From assembly GCA_963674695.2 (NCBI GenBank), contig CAXXGI010000003.1, forward strand, positions 800,001 to 864,000: a DNA stretch of 64,000 nt, given 5' to 3'. The notes beneath the pieces were generated by a model. The model made no database searches. It was not told the origin of the DNA and saw only the letters and a program-made list of their open reading frames with translations. The stretch's first letter is position 1, and every line of letters begins with the position of its first letter. Positions 35,317-44,982 of the stretch are shown piece by piece. This DNA is from a bacterium. GTDB taxonomy: Bacteria; UBA10199; 2-02-FULL-44-16; JAAZCA01. The position numbers and the translations under genes were made by a program.

Positions 35317-35760
35317 TCAACCTGCGGTGGATTCCTCTCCCATCTCCTTGCTCCGCACGCGCATTTCAAAGGTCAGCCCCATAACGCCCAGTATCTTCTC
35401 CATCATTATGGGACTGGGAACGGCTTCGCCATGTTCATAGCGGGCATAGGTATTCTTTGATTTCGCATCGAGCAGCCGCATCATATCCGTAAGACTCAGC
35501 CCGGCCCGTGCACGCTGCCGTTTCAACAGGAGCGCGATCAAATCCTTTTCGCTCTGTTCGTCCCGCCCCCGAAGGAGAAATGTATTGTTTCGAAACCGAG
35601 CAATATCCGGCCTAAACCCATCTCCATTCGTCGCCGTCTGAAGGAGATCTACCAACATCTCATAGGCATCCTCTTTTGTGCGCCCCTGTGTCATCAGATC
35701 AAGATCCGGAACCTCAATGATCCACCATCGCCCTTCTTTGTTCAACCGTCCTCGAAACAT
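35317..35760 (-). CDS. hicB: HicB-like antitoxin with C-terminal XRE-type HTH
   Basis: KEGRWWIIEVPDLDLMTQGRTKEDAYEM (HicB fold); R...GLS...M..LL...YARYE.G...P (HTH); downstream of hicA. Confidence 0.82.
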   Translation of the reverse strand: MFRGRLNKEGRWWIIEVPDLDLMTQGRTKEDAYEMLVDLLQTATNGDGFRPDIARFRNNTFLLRGRDEQSEKDLIALLLKRQRARAGLSLTDMMRLLDAKSKNTYARYEHGEAVPSPIMMEKILGVMGLTFEMRVRSKEMGEESTAG

Positions 35761-35777
35761 GGCATCCTCCCGACGCA

Positions 35778-35960
35778 TCACTTCCCTCTATTTTCCTTCA
35801 CCGTCTTGAGAATTTTTTTCGCAAGCCGTTCATTGATTTCATTATGTCGCGGAACAAACTCATCACATTCGCCATTTGTCCACACATCGTGCTTTCCGCC
35901 CGACCGCAGAAACCACCAGCCGAGTCTTCTCAATTGTCGCTCAAGCTCTCGTCGTTTCAT
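35778..35960 (-). CDS. hicA: HicA family mRNA interferase toxin
   Basis: MKRRELER.L...G....R.GGKHD.W........VPRH.EINERLAKKILK pattern; 60 aa. Confidence 0.92.
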   Translation of the reverse strand: MKRRELERQLRRLGWWFLRSGGKHDVWTNGECDEFVPRHNEINERLAKKILKTVKENRGK

Positions 35961-36039
35961 GGCAAGTGTACACCTTTCTGTGTACCTGGTCAATCATGGT
36001 GATCATTCCGGACACCAAGCAGACCCGCCATCAACAGAA

Positions 36040-36125
36040 TGCACGGAGCGTGCCAATGAAATTTCAGGGAGTTACGCTGTTTGTGGTGCCGAAAAACGCA
36101 GCAGCGGTGCTGCAAATAGAGGCAG
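36040..36125 (-). promoter_or_regulatory. 86-bp direct repeat copy 2 (sigma54-type promoter module) upstream of hicA
   Basis: First 37 nt identical to 35229-35265; differs in an 8-nt block and 2 single positions. Confidence 0.7.
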
Positions 36126-36136
36126 GGGGAAAGGAT

Positions 36137-36234
36137 GGAGAAACGGAAAACGGAGAGCAGATTCGGAGAACGGAGAACCGACAACAGAGACGAGAACTCA
36201 GAACTCGGTTTTCGGTTTCGGTTTCGGTTCTCTG
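36137..36234. repeat. Degenerate heptamer/hexamer hairpin array (CGGAGAA-type units and inverted TTTCGG units)
   Basis: GGAGAAACGGAAAACGGAGAG..CGGAGAACGGAGAACCG ... CGGTTTTCGGTTTCGGTTTCGGTTCTCTG. Confidence 0.7.
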
Positions 36235-36236
36235 AA

Positions 36237-36593
36237 TCAGCGCTCTGAACTCGGGGAGATCGATTTCACAACATCGAGGGCGATGCAGGGCTCGTCGCCG
36301 ATCACCCAGGCATCGCAATCCGGTTTCAGCTCGAAGGCGTCGCCTGGACCGACCGTGACTTCCTGGCCATCCGGACTTTTGAGCCCCATCCGGCCCGAGA
36401 GGATAGAGCCGATATGGGCTTCAGCCGGCTTGCCCGAAAGCGGCCCCACGTGCTCGGACCATCGCCATCCGGGACGGTATTCGCCCCGCCCGATCGCGAC
36501 GGAATCGAGGATCACAACAGATCGCGTGCTTCCGTCGAGGAAGGTCCAGGTGCGATCGGGGGTGGAGATGTTCTTTGCGATGATATCCGGCAT
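36237..36593 (-). CDS. Cupin domain protein
   Basis: PGWRWSEHV.P, H.G..LSG.M, GPGD.F...P..DAWVIGDEPC motifs. Confidence 0.85.
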   Translation of the reverse strand: MPDIIAKNISTPDRTWTFLDGSTRSVVILDSVAIGRGEYRPGWRWSEHVGPLSGKPAEAHIGSILSGRMGLKSPDGQEVTVGPGDAFELKPDCDAWVIGDEPCIALDVVKSISPSSER

Positions 36594-36610
36594 TTGGACA
36601 GGCCCTCCTC

Positions 36611-37057
36611 TCACTCCTCACCCTGCCCCGTTTGACGGGGCTCCAGAAGAACCGCCGTCCCTGAGACCTTGGGGCGATAGATCGTATTCGACCCGACGTG
36701 ATAACATTCGTGCTGTCCCTTTTGGCACGATAACCTTCCCGCAGCGGCACTGGCCATCTCGTTCGAGTACCGCACGTCGATCACCGCATCGGCCCCGAGG
36801 GCCGCGGCCTTCTGTCGCAATCGCCCATTGAGCTCGGCGCGCGAAGCCCCCGTCGGCGCGACCGCCTTGATCGAACCGATCGTACGATGGGATGGTACCG
36901 ACTCGCCGGTGTGATAGATTCTCACCGTCCGGACGTCCGTCGCCGGTCCGACCGGCCGAACCGGCGACGACACTTCCTTCGCCTTCTTCGTCGCGCACCC
37001 CACGATCCCGACAGCAGCGATGACGATGAGGAAAAAAAGAACGAGACGTCGATGCAT
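36611..37057 (-). CDS. Lipoprotein with a YbjQ-like domain
   Basis: Lipobox IVGC after a hydrophobic leader; LR.KAAALGADAVIDVRY...SGTAV. Confidence 0.75.
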   Translation of the reverse strand: MHRRLVLFFLIVIAAVGIVGCATKKAKEVSSPVRPVGPATDVRTVRIYHTGESVPSHRTIGSIKAVAPTGASRAELNGRLRQKAAALGADAVIDVRYSNEMASAAAGRLSCQKGQHECYHVGSNTIYRPKVSGTAVLLEPRQTGQGEE

Positions 37058-37099
37058 CGATATTCCTCCCGGGGTCTTATTGTTTTTTCCCATCACTCC

Positions 37100-37471
37100 T
37101 CATCCTGCTCCGTCTTCCGATACGAAGACCAGACCACAGTCGGGGCATTCTTTGAGATCGGTGGAAAAGCGGGTTCCACAGGCGGGACAGACGGCGGTCT
37201 CCTTGTTGGCGTCGAAGACTTCGGCGCTCTGCTCGGGATCGAAGTCGAGATCCTCGAGGAGTTTTGCCTGCTCCTCGCGCAGCAGCTCCTGAATCTTCGG
37301 CAAATCCTCTAACTCACCCCAAACCTCGACCGTCACCCGACACCCCCGCGTGCAGGTCTGCTTGTTATGCCCGAGCTCAATGGCAACCCCGCGTTCAGCC
37401 AATATCTCTTTGATCCGCTTGGCCTCGTTGAGGTCCATGATGCCGAGGAGTTGTTTGGTGGTGATGGGCAT
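37100..37471 (-). CDS. Small zinc-ribbon protein
   Basis: CPACG...ECPDCGL at the C-terminus. Confidence 0.8.
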   Translation of the reverse strand: MPITTKQLLGIMDLNEAKRIKEILAERGVAIELGHNKQTCTRGCRVTVEVWGELEDLPKIQELLREEQAKLLEDLDFDPEQSAEVFDANKETAVCPACGTRFSTDLKECPDCGLVFVSEDGAG

Positions 37472-37538
37472 ATTATCTCACTCTTCCGTCTGATGGGGTT
37501 CTCTCACATCGCTCACTTGACTCATGCTCAATAGATTA

Positions 37539-39242
37539 TTAGTTGCCCACCCCAAGCTTCTCTTCAATAGCGCTTAGATAATTCCGAAACACTGGAACAC
37601 CATATTTATTCAAAGCCCCCTCTGGGTTTGAAGCCACTATCTCTGCAATTTCACGTTTAACCTTCTTTGCATCCCTAGTCCAATTCTTCCCATGATCATC
37701 AAAAGCCCTCTTCATCCATTCAGACCACTTTTGTTTCCTCGTTCTAGAACTAGCAGATCCAATAGAAACGCCATATTTTTCACTGATCATCACTTTGTAA
37801 ATATTTACATCATACCAATCCTCGAGTTCAGAAAAGGTCATACCTCTACATTTCGTATAAGTGACTTCAGCCGGCGTTATCAAACCATCCCCCTCTGCTG
37901 TACAATAAGCGTTTTGCGCCTCCTGATCGTTATCCAGTAGACAATGGTAACTACATAACGTTGTTCTAAGCAAATTCAGATTATACGGCAATTTTGCTAC
38001 TCCATGGACCGGCTCAATTACCAATGTCCCATTGTGAAATGCATTACGCACTCGACTTGAGTAATGTTTTAACAAAGCCCCTATCGATTTCTCATCATCT
38101 CTTCCCTCAACAACCAATATCAACTCTGCATGCATTAGATTGTCAGCCGCGCGAACACCTAAGACATTTCGAATACTCTCAATATCCTTCGCTGGCACTG
38201 GTTTCCTTCCCGACACAACAATATTAGAAGCCAGGTTTTCCCTATCAACAAACAGAGGACAATGCGTTGAGATAATCACCTGTCGTTTACCAGAAAACTC
38301 CATTATAACCCGCCTTAACCTGTGAATCGCCGTTGGATGTAGATGCGACTCGGGCTCCTCAATAGCAAGAATCAAGTTTTTCTTCACAGCGCTTTGCTCA
38401 GAAGCGTGCCTCATGAGCCCCATTACGACAAGACTCTTCACCCCATCGCCTTTATTTTCCAACAATGTTGGCACACCATCATTAATTATTACATCACATG
38501 ATTCTCTCAACGCTCTAGAGCGTCGTTCCCTTGAGATTTTTACATCAACATCACTTATGTTAGGCAAGAAATCATTTAGTGTACACTTAATTGTATTGGA
38601 TATTCGCTTTAGAACAGGCATCTGCTTAGATTCAATAGCTTTAACTGCCTTCCGATATTGCGGATCCTCTTCAAGTACGGACAGTTCACGCGAAACCATA
38701 CCCTCAACAATTTCTAAAGCAGATCTCTCAGTTCTAATTGCAGGGATATGAACACATATTAATCGATCACTTATAAATTTTGCGATGTCCTGAGACTTCT
38801 CTGCATAACGTTTTCCCCCACCAGGCCCTCTCCTTACAACACTTAGCTGTGGAGACGATTCCCTTCCGATCTTAACCTTGATTTTTAGTAGGGGATCTGT
38901 TGGGCGCCCAATCATCTTTTTAAATTCTATCCTTTCATCATCGTCTATTTCCAGTTCCAGTGTAAATGCCGTACATTGCGACCCCTTCTCTCTTTCTCTT
39001 AATGAAATGGGGAAATCGGTTTCCCAATCATAATACCTCCTCGCATTCATTCCCAGGCGAAGTCTGTTCCTCATTCCTCCGTGCATTCCTCTCAAAATAT
39101 AGAGCAGCGTCACAAACGCTCTCAATATATTTGTCTTTCCTTGATTGTTTGGACCGATTAGAATTGTTGAATCATTTATTGGCAACCTATTCGCCTCAGT
39201 AATGCTACGGTATTTACTAATTGAAAAAGACTTAACCCTCAT
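37539..39242 (-). CDS. OLD-family ATP-dependent nuclease (ABC ATPase + TOPRIM), AT-rich
   Basis: Walker A GPNNQGKT, KGDG, IEEPESHLHP, ISTHCP, TOPRIM VEGRDD and DND, ELED motifs. Confidence 0.9.
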   Translation of the reverse strand: MRVKSFSISKYRSITEANRLPINDSTILIGPNNQGKTNILRAFVTLLYILRGMHGGMRNRLRLGMNARRYYDWETDFPISLREREKGSQCTAFTLELEIDDDERIEFKKMIGRPTDPLLKIKVKIGRESSPQLSVVRRGPGGGKRYAEKSQDIAKFISDRLICVHIPAIRTERSALEIVEGMVSRELSVLEEDPQYRKAVKAIESKQMPVLKRISNTIKCTLNDFLPNISDVDVKISRERRSRALRESCDVIINDGVPTLLENKGDGVKSLVVMGLMRHASEQSAVKKNLILAIEEPESHLHPTAIHRLRRVIMEFSGKRQVIISTHCPLFVDRENLASNIVVSGRKPVPAKDIESIRNVLGVRAADNLMHAELILVVEGRDDEKSIGALLKHYSSRVRNAFHNGTLVIEPVHGVAKLPYNLNLLRTTLCSYHCLLDNDQEAQNAYCTAEGDGLITPAEVTYTKCRGMTFSELEDWYDVNIYKVMISEKYGVSIGSASSRTRKQKWSEWMKRAFDDHGKNWTRDAKKVKREIAEIVASNPEGALNKYGVPVFRNYLSAIEEKLGVGN

Positions 39243-39325
39243 AACAGATCTCCTTTTTCCATTTGATCAACAATCAATAAACTATATCGATCAGATCAAT
39301 CTTCGCCAACCACGATCAAGACAGA

Positions 39326-39826
39326 TTAATGGCAGCATTTATTTTCGAACAACATCGCCACATAACTGATCCCTTCGTGTTCTTGCACATCACCCTCGCG
39401 CTTGAAGCCCAGCTTCTCGTAATACGAGATCGCATTGAGCGAGGATTTAACCGTAATCTTCTCGACGCCTTCTCCGAAGGCGTTATTCTCACACAGCATC
39501 AGACAATGGGTTAGGCTGGAATACAATTAGCGCTTCGCTGCGGTGGGCTCAACGTAAAACGCCGTAGCCGGCGAATATCGCGAAGCACTTGTGTTTTTTT
39601 GGAGCAAAATCACTCCAACAAAGATCAAAATGCGTTGGTTATGCGACCGCAAAGTGATGGCACGGCGATAATAAGGCGATCGCTTAACGATCACCGCATG
39701 AGCCCCCAGAGCATTTTCGAAACTGCTTCGATGCACGATTTGAAGCGCTATCACTCCAAACTGAGTGACATCGGGATGAATCGAAACAGCACCGGCGTCG
39801 CTGGAACGCATGTGTCTGTATGTCAT
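39326..39826 (-). pseudogene. GNAT acetyltransferase pseudogene with an in-frame TAA at 39527-39529
   Basis: ORFs 39527-39838 and 39326-39526 are contiguous in one frame: MTYRHMRSSDAGAVS...VGVILL...FYVEP..KR*...ITVKSSLNAISYYEKLGF. Confidence 0.7.
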
Positions 39827-39887
39827 ATCGCCTTTCATCGCTATTCGATAACGATATCTTCAGGTGCACGTCAAATGGTGGATCGTA

Positions 39888-40078
39888 GCCGGATGTGGTT
39901 TTCGGGCTCATTGCCGGGAGGCGGCGGGGACCCTTCTCGGCGCGCGGGAGGTGGAGACCTCAGCCGGCCCTGCAACAAGAATACAATAGAGGTGGGCCGG
40001 AATGAGGTGGGTTCGCCGCCCGCGCGTCCGTGAAAGGGGTCGCCGCCGGAGGCACCGAGCCCGACAACCAGATCCGGC
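39888..40078 (+). other. 191-nt imperfect long hairpin (structured RNA or palindromic element)
   Basis: ~80-85-nt arms pair along their length around a 23-nt A-rich loop; G-U pairs favour the + strand. Confidence 0.6.
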
Positions 40079-40327
40079 GAAGATCCCTCGACTTCGCTTC
40101 GCTCGCTCGGGATGACAGCGGAATGTGCAGGAGATCCTTCGCGGAGTTTACCCTGAGCGAGCAACGCGAGTCGAAGGGCTCAGGATGACAACACCAGAGA
40201 TCCCTCGACTCGGCCTTTCAGGCCTCACTCGGGATGACAGTGAACGGATCACACCGACTGGATCCCCGATTACACCATTCGGGGATGACAAACGAGCGGA
40301 GATCCCTCGACTTCGCTCGGGATGACA
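40079..40327. repeat. Array of five co-oriented REP-like hairpins, each GATCC..stem..GGATGACA
   Basis: GATGACA ends at 40117, 40190, 40239, 40290 and 40327. Confidence 0.9.
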
Positions 40328-40334
40328 ACAGCGG

Positions 40335-41990
40335 TTACATCGTGATGCCGGGGATCTTCACGCCTTTGGTTTTGGCGACTTCGATGGCTTCCTCGTATCC
40401 CGCATCGGCGTGGCGCAGGATTCCCATCGCGGGATCCGAGGTCAAGACGCGCTCCAGGCGCTTGGCCGCGGCGTCGGTTCCATCGGCGACGATCACCTGG
40501 CCGGCGTGGAGCGAGTAGCCGATGCCGACCCCTCCCCCATGATGGAAGCTGACCCAGCTCGCGCCGTTGACCGCGTTGATCAGGGCATTGAGGATCGGCC
40601 AGTCGGCGACGGCATCCGTTCCATCCTTCATCGCCTCGGTCTCGCGATTGGGGCTGGCCACCGAACCGCAGTCGAGGTGATCGCGGCCGATGACGATGGG
40701 GGCGCTCACCTTGCCCGTCTTCACCAGTTCGTTGAAGGCCAGTCCTGCCTTGGCGCGCGCGCCAAGCCCAAGCCAACAGATCCGCGAGGGGAGTCCCTGC
40801 CAGGCCACCCGTTTCTGTGCCATCTCGATCCAGCGCGCGAGCGCCTTGTCCTCCGGAAAGAGTTCCAGGATCACGCGATCGGTCTCGTAGATATCGTTCG
40901 GATCGCCGGAGAGGGCCACCCAGCGGAAGGGGCCCTTGCCCTCGCAGAAGAGCGGGCGGATGTAGGCCGGGACGAATCCCGGAAAGTCGAAGGCATTTTC
41001 CACCCCCGCGTGCTCTTTGGCCTGCGCGCGGATGTTGTTGCCGTAGTCGAAGACCGGGATGCCCAACCCCTTGAAGGCCAGCATCGCCCGGACCTGCTCG
41101 CCCATCGCCCGCCAGGACTCCTGACGATAGCGCTCGGGATTCTCGGCCCGCAGCGCGAGCGCTTCATTATACGTCATCCCGTTCGGGACATAGCCGCCCA
41201 GTTCATCGTGCGCGGAGGTCTGATCGGTGACGAGATCGGGTTTGACTCCACGGCGCAAAAGCTCCGGATAGACGTCTGCGGCGTTGCCCAAGAGGCCGAT
41301 CGAGATAGATTCTTTGTTTTTCAAGGCCTTATCGAGACGACTTAAAGCTTCATCTAAATCTTCATACATCTCATCCAAGTACTTATCTTTGATGCGTTTT
41401 TGCATTCGATCGCGATCGACCTCGATCCCGAGAAAACAGGCGCCCGCCATCGTGGCCGCCAATGGCTGTGCCCCTCCCATTCCGCCCAATCCCCCGGAAA
41501 GGATCCAACGACCGGTGAGATCGCCGCCGAAGTGCTGTCGCCCTGCCTCGACGAAGGTCTCATAGGTCCCCTGGAGGATCCCCTGCGTGCCGATATAGAT
41601 CCAGGAGCCGGCGGTCATCTGACCGTACATCATGAGACCACGCTGCTCGAGGTCGCGAAAGTGCTCCCAGGTGGCCCATTTGCCGACAAGATTGGAGTTG
41701 GCGATCAGCACGCGCGGGGCGTCCACGTGGCTCTTGAGGATCCCGACGGGCTTGCCTGATTGGACCAGCAGCGTCTCGTCCTCTTCGAGCTCGGTCAGCG
41801 CCTTCACGATCCGGTGATAGGCCTCCCAATCGCGCGCGGCCTTGCCCGTGCCGCCGTAGACGACCAGATCCTGGGGGCGTTCGGCCACCTCCGGATCGAG
41901 GTTGTTCATGAGCATGCGCAGCGCCGCTTCCTGCACCCAACCCTTGCAGGTGAGCTGCGAACCACGCGGAGCGCGAATGGATTCCACCAT
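40335..41990 (-). CDS. hutU: Urocanate hydratase
   Basis: [65 protein letters not shown] and HHGGGVG motifs. Confidence 0.98.
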   Translation of the reverse strand: MVESIRAPRGSQLTCKGWVQEAALRMLMNNLDPEVAERPQDLVVYGGTGKAARDWEAYHRIVKALTELEEDETLLVQSGKPVGILKSHVDAPRVLIANSNLVGKWATWEHFRDLEQRGLMMYGQMTAGSWIYIGTQGILQGTYETFVEAGRQHFGGDLTGRWILSGGLGGMGGAQPLAATMAGACFLGIEVDRDRMQKRIKDKYLDEMYEDLDEALSRLDKALKNKESISIGLLGNAADVYPELLRRGVKPDLVTDQTSAHDELGGYVPNGMTYNEALALRAENPERYRQESWRAMGEQVRAMLAFKGLGIPVFDYGNNIRAQAKEHAGVENAFDFPGFVPAYIRPLFCEGKGPFRWVALSGDPNDIYETDRVILELFPEDKALARWIEMAQKRVAWQGLPSRICWLGLGARAKAGLAFNELVKTGKVSAPIVIGRDHLDCGSVASPNRETEAMKDGTDAVADWPILNALINAVNGASWVSFHHGGGVGIGYSLHAGQVIVADGTDAAAKRLERVLTSDPAMGILRHADAGYEEAIEVAKTKGVKIPGITM

Positions 41991-42011
41991 ATCCCCTCCT
42001 CGAAAATGAAT

Positions 42012-42542
42012 TTATTTCATCGATGGCGTAGCAGAGACAGGCGCCTGGATCAAGGCATCGATGTGCTGCAGGGCTTCCGGGGACTGCCAATCGACCGCCC
42101 CGCTCCCGCGCCAGGCGATGCGACCCTGCCGATCGATGAGAATGCTCTCGGGAACGCCATAGCTCTGGTAGAGATCGGCCACAGCCTGATCGCGATCGAT
42201 GAGGAGGGGAAACGGCGGTCGGAGACGCTGCGCAAAACGGGCCACGCCGGATGAATCGCTGCCATCCTCGGCAATGGCCAAGACCGCCAGATCTCCATAG
42301 TCGCGCTGCAGACGGATCAGGGAGGGAAATTCATGCACACAGGGGCCGCACCAGCTCGCCCAGAAATGGAGGAGGACCGGGCGACCCGCATAGGCGGCCA
42401 GGGCGACCGTCTCTCCCTCGAGCGTGGGGAGGGAAAAGCCAGGAGCGACATCCCCGGAACCGGGGCGCGTCCAATACTGATACGCCGACATCGCTGCGAG
42501 AGCGATGCCGGCGATCAGGAAAAAGAGAAAAAATCGTTTCAT
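42012..42542 (-). CDS. TlpA/ResA-family thiol-disulfide oxidoreductase
   Basis: N-terminal TM, AP.FSL, FWASWCGPC..E.P and GVPE..LID..G motifs. Confidence 0.92.
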   Translation of the reverse strand: MKRFFLFFLIAGIALAAMSAYQYWTRPGSGDVAPGFSLPTLEGETVALAAYAGRPVLLHFWASWCGPCVHEFPSLIRLQRDYGDLAVLAIAEDGSDSSGVARFAQRLRPPFPLLIDRDQAVADLYQSYGVPESILIDRQGRIAWRGSGAVDWQSPEALQHIDALIQAPVSATPSMK

Positions 42543-42568
42543 GCGCATCAGGCGAATGAAGCGTCCCC

Positions 42569-43138
42569 CTACTTCTCAGACTTCTTGGCGGAAGCCTTCT
42601 TCGCAGTTTTTTTCGGCGCGGCCTTCTTCGAAGCGGCTTTCTTCGGCGCGGCCTTCTTCGCCGGCTTCTTTGCCGCCGGCTTTTTCGCCGTCTTCTTGGA
42701 CTCGGTCTTCTTCGGCGCCGCCTTCTTCTTCGGCTCGGCCTTCTTCTTGCCCGGCTTGGTCACCTTTGCCGCCTGCTTCGCCTCGGTATCCACATATTCG
42801 ATCATGGCCATCTCAGCGCAATCGCCATGACGGTTGCCGAGCTTGTAGATGCGAGTATATCCACCGTTGCGGCCGGCATAGCGCGGGGCCAGCTCGTCGA
42901 AGATCTTTTTCACGGCCTTCTTGTCCCGAATAATCGCGATGGCACGACGGCGCGCAGCAACGGTGCCTCGTTTTCCCAACGTCACCATGCGATCGGCCAT
43001 GCGCTTGAGTTCCTTGGCCTTGGGCAACGTCGTCTCGATGCGATCATGGATGACGAGCGAGCTGGTCATATTCGCCAACATCGACATGCGATGCGCGGTG
43101 GTACGACCCAATTTGCGATTAGCGACACGATGTCTCAT
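42569..43138 (-). CDS. rplQ: 50S ribosomal protein L17 with a Lys/Ala-rich C-terminal tail
   Basis: MRHR...[13 protein letters not shown] and R.GGYTRI motifs. Confidence 0.97.
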   Translation of the reverse strand: MRHRVANRKLGRTTAHRMSMLANMTSSLVIHDRIETTLPKAKELKRMADRMVTLGKRGTVAARRRAIAIIRDKKAVKKIFDELAPRYAGRNGGYTRIYKLGNRHGDCAEMAMIEYVDTEAKQAAKVTKPGKKKAEPKKKAAPKKTESKKTAKKPAAKKPAKKAAPKKAASKKAAPKKTAKKASAKKSEK

Positions 43139-43177
43139 ATCCGTTCCTTCCCAGCGATCAGTACGATCGGTTTATCG

Positions 43178-44188
43178 TTATTCCACGTCCTTCGGGCGAT
43201 ACCGCTCTGCATCCTCAACGGTGAAATTGTCGAGCTTCATGCCGAGGGAGAGCCCCATGCTCGTCAGGATCTCCTTGATCTCGTTGAGCGACTTACGGCC
43301 GAAATTCTTGGTCTTGAGCATCTCGGCTTCACTCTTCTGACAGAGTTCGCCGATAAATTTGATATCGGCGTTCTGGAGACAGTTGGCCGAACGCACCGAA
43401 AGTTCCAGTTCATCGACACGGCGATACAGGTTTTCATTGAGCCGCGGGCCGTCCTCGCGATTGTCCATCTCGATCGGCTCGGGAAGCTCGTCAAAATTGA
43501 TGAAGATCTGCAGCTGTTCCTTGAGGATCTTCGCCGCAAAGGCAACCGCATCATCCGGACGAACCGAACCATCGGTCCAGACCTCGATCGCCAGTTTGTC
43601 ATAATCGGTGCGCTGACCGACGCGAGCGTTGGTCACATTATAATTACAACGCACGACCGGCGAATGGATCGAATCGATCGGAATCATGCCGATCGGATCA
43701 TCTTCGCGCTTATTCTGCTCGGCCGGCACATACCCCTTGCCCATGGCCACCTTGAGCTCAACCTTGAATTTCCCTTCTGGACCGAGTGTGGCGATATGCA
43801 GGTCGGGATTGAGGATCTCGAGCTTCTCGGAGGTCACCAAATCCTTCGCCTGAATAACACGCTCACCAGAAGCGTCGATGCGAATCACATCGGTATCGCC
43901 TTCGTGCAACTTCAAGCGAAGCTGCTTGAGATTGAGCACGATATCGGTCACATCTTCCTTCACACCGGGGATGCTCGTAAACTCATGCAGAACGCCATCG
44001 AGCTTCATGGATGTCACCGCAGCACCCTGCAACGACGACAACAGCGCGCGCCGTAGCGAATTACCCATGGTGATTCCATAGCCGCGCTCCAGCGGACTCG
44101 CGACAAACTTCCCGTAGGTCTGCGTTACCTTCTCCGCATCGAATTCCAGGCCACGGGGCCGAATCAACCGCCTCCAATTCCGATACAT
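43178..44188 (-). CDS. rpoA: RNA polymerase alpha subunit
   Basis: PLERGYG.T.GNSLRR.LLSS and [10 protein letters not shown] motifs. Confidence 0.98.
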   Translation of the reverse strand: MYRNWRRLIRPRGLEFDAEKVTQTYGKFVASPLERGYGITMGNSLRRALLSSLQGAAVTSMKLDGVLHEFTSIPGVKEDVTDIVLNLKQLRLKLHEGDTDVIRIDASGERVIQAKDLVTSEKLEILNPDLHIATLGPEGKFKVELKVAMGKGYVPAEQNKREDDPIGMIPIDSIHSPVVRCNYNVTNARVGQRTDYDKLAIEVWTDGSVRPDDAVAFAAKILKEQLQIFINFDELPEPIEMDNREDGPRLNENLYRRVDELELSVRSANCLQNADIKFIGELCQKSEAEMLKTKNFGRKSLNEIKEILTSMGLSLGMKLDNFTVEDAERYRPKDVE

Positions 44189-44272
44189 AGTGCCTCCTTG
44201 GGCGCCACCACTCCCCGCTCATCGGCGAGGCTCCACGGCATCCCTCAATGTCGTTCACTTCAAACGATACAT

Positions 44273-44902
44273 TTACTTCGAGTAGAGTTCGACGATCAGG
44301 TGCTCCTGGATCGGCACGTCGAGCTGTTCGCGCGTCGGGTACGCCATCACCTTGGCCTGCCATTTGTCGCGCTCAAGCATGAGCCACTCCGGAACTCCGC
44401 GACGTTCGACGGCTTCCATCGACTCGGCGATGGTGGCAACCTTTTGGCTCTTCGCGCTGACCGTAACCGAATCACCCTGACGCACGAGGTAGGACGGAAT
44501 ATTCACGCGACGCCCATTGATCGAAAAATGACCGTGCCGCACCATCTGCCGCGCCTGCGTACGCGAACGCGCAAATCCCATGCGATAGACCATATTGTCG
44601 AGGCGACGCTCCAACAGCAGCAAGAGATTGTCACCCGTGACGCCCTTCATGCTATCGGCCATGTGGAAATAGCGACGGAACTGCTTCTCGAGAACACCGT
44701 AGATCTGCTTGGCGCGCTGTTTTTCCCGCAGCTGGATGCCGTAGTCGGACGCCTTGCGCCGCCGGCTCTGGCCATGCACTCCAGGCGGATAGGCACGTCG
44801 CTCATAGGCACACTTTTCGGTATAACACCGGTCTCCTTTGAGAAAGAGCTTCATGCCCTCCCGGCGACAACGGCGACATACGGATTCACGATATCGAGCC
44901 AT
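44273..44902 (-). CDS. rpsD: 30S ribosomal protein S4
   Basis: MARY...[15 protein letters not shown] and IVELYSK motifs. Confidence 0.98.
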   Translation of the reverse strand: MARYRESVCRRCRREGMKLFLKGDRCYTEKCAYERRAYPPGVHGQSRRRKASDYGIQLREKQRAKQIYGVLEKQFRRYFHMADSMKGVTGDNLLLLLERRLDNMVYRMGFARSRTQARQMVRHGHFSINGRRVNIPSYLVRQGDSVTVSAKSQKVATIAESMEAVERRGVPEWLMLERDKWQAKVMAYPTREQLDVPIQEHLIVELYSK

Positions 44903-44917
44903 ACTTCCTCCAAAAAC

Positions 44918-44962
44918 CGTGACTCGTAACTCGTGACTCGCACATCGTAAAAAGTCACAAGT
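44918..44962. repeat. Short heptamer array (CCGTGAC TCGTAAC TCGTGAC) with a partial inverted arm
   Basis: Directly visible upstream of the rpsD RBS. Confidence 0.75.
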
Positions 44963-44982
44963 TCCGAATCGTTCAATAGCAA

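Noticed and set aside
34400-39850. Integron cassette array (co-oriented small genes; ATTTAAC..GTTAGGC at 39445-39516)
   Set aside because: The single core-site pair lies inside the GNAT remnant and lacks L-box pairing; no repeated attC sites or intI were seen.
37539-40078. Retron or Gabija system (OLD nuclease plus long hairpin)
   Set aside because: No reverse transcriptase or GajB helicase is present; the hairpin is ~650 bp away with a GNAT remnant between.
40079-40327. CRISPR array
   Set aside because: Units vary in length and interior, spacers are under 20 nt, the same units occur singly elsewhere, and no cas genes are present.
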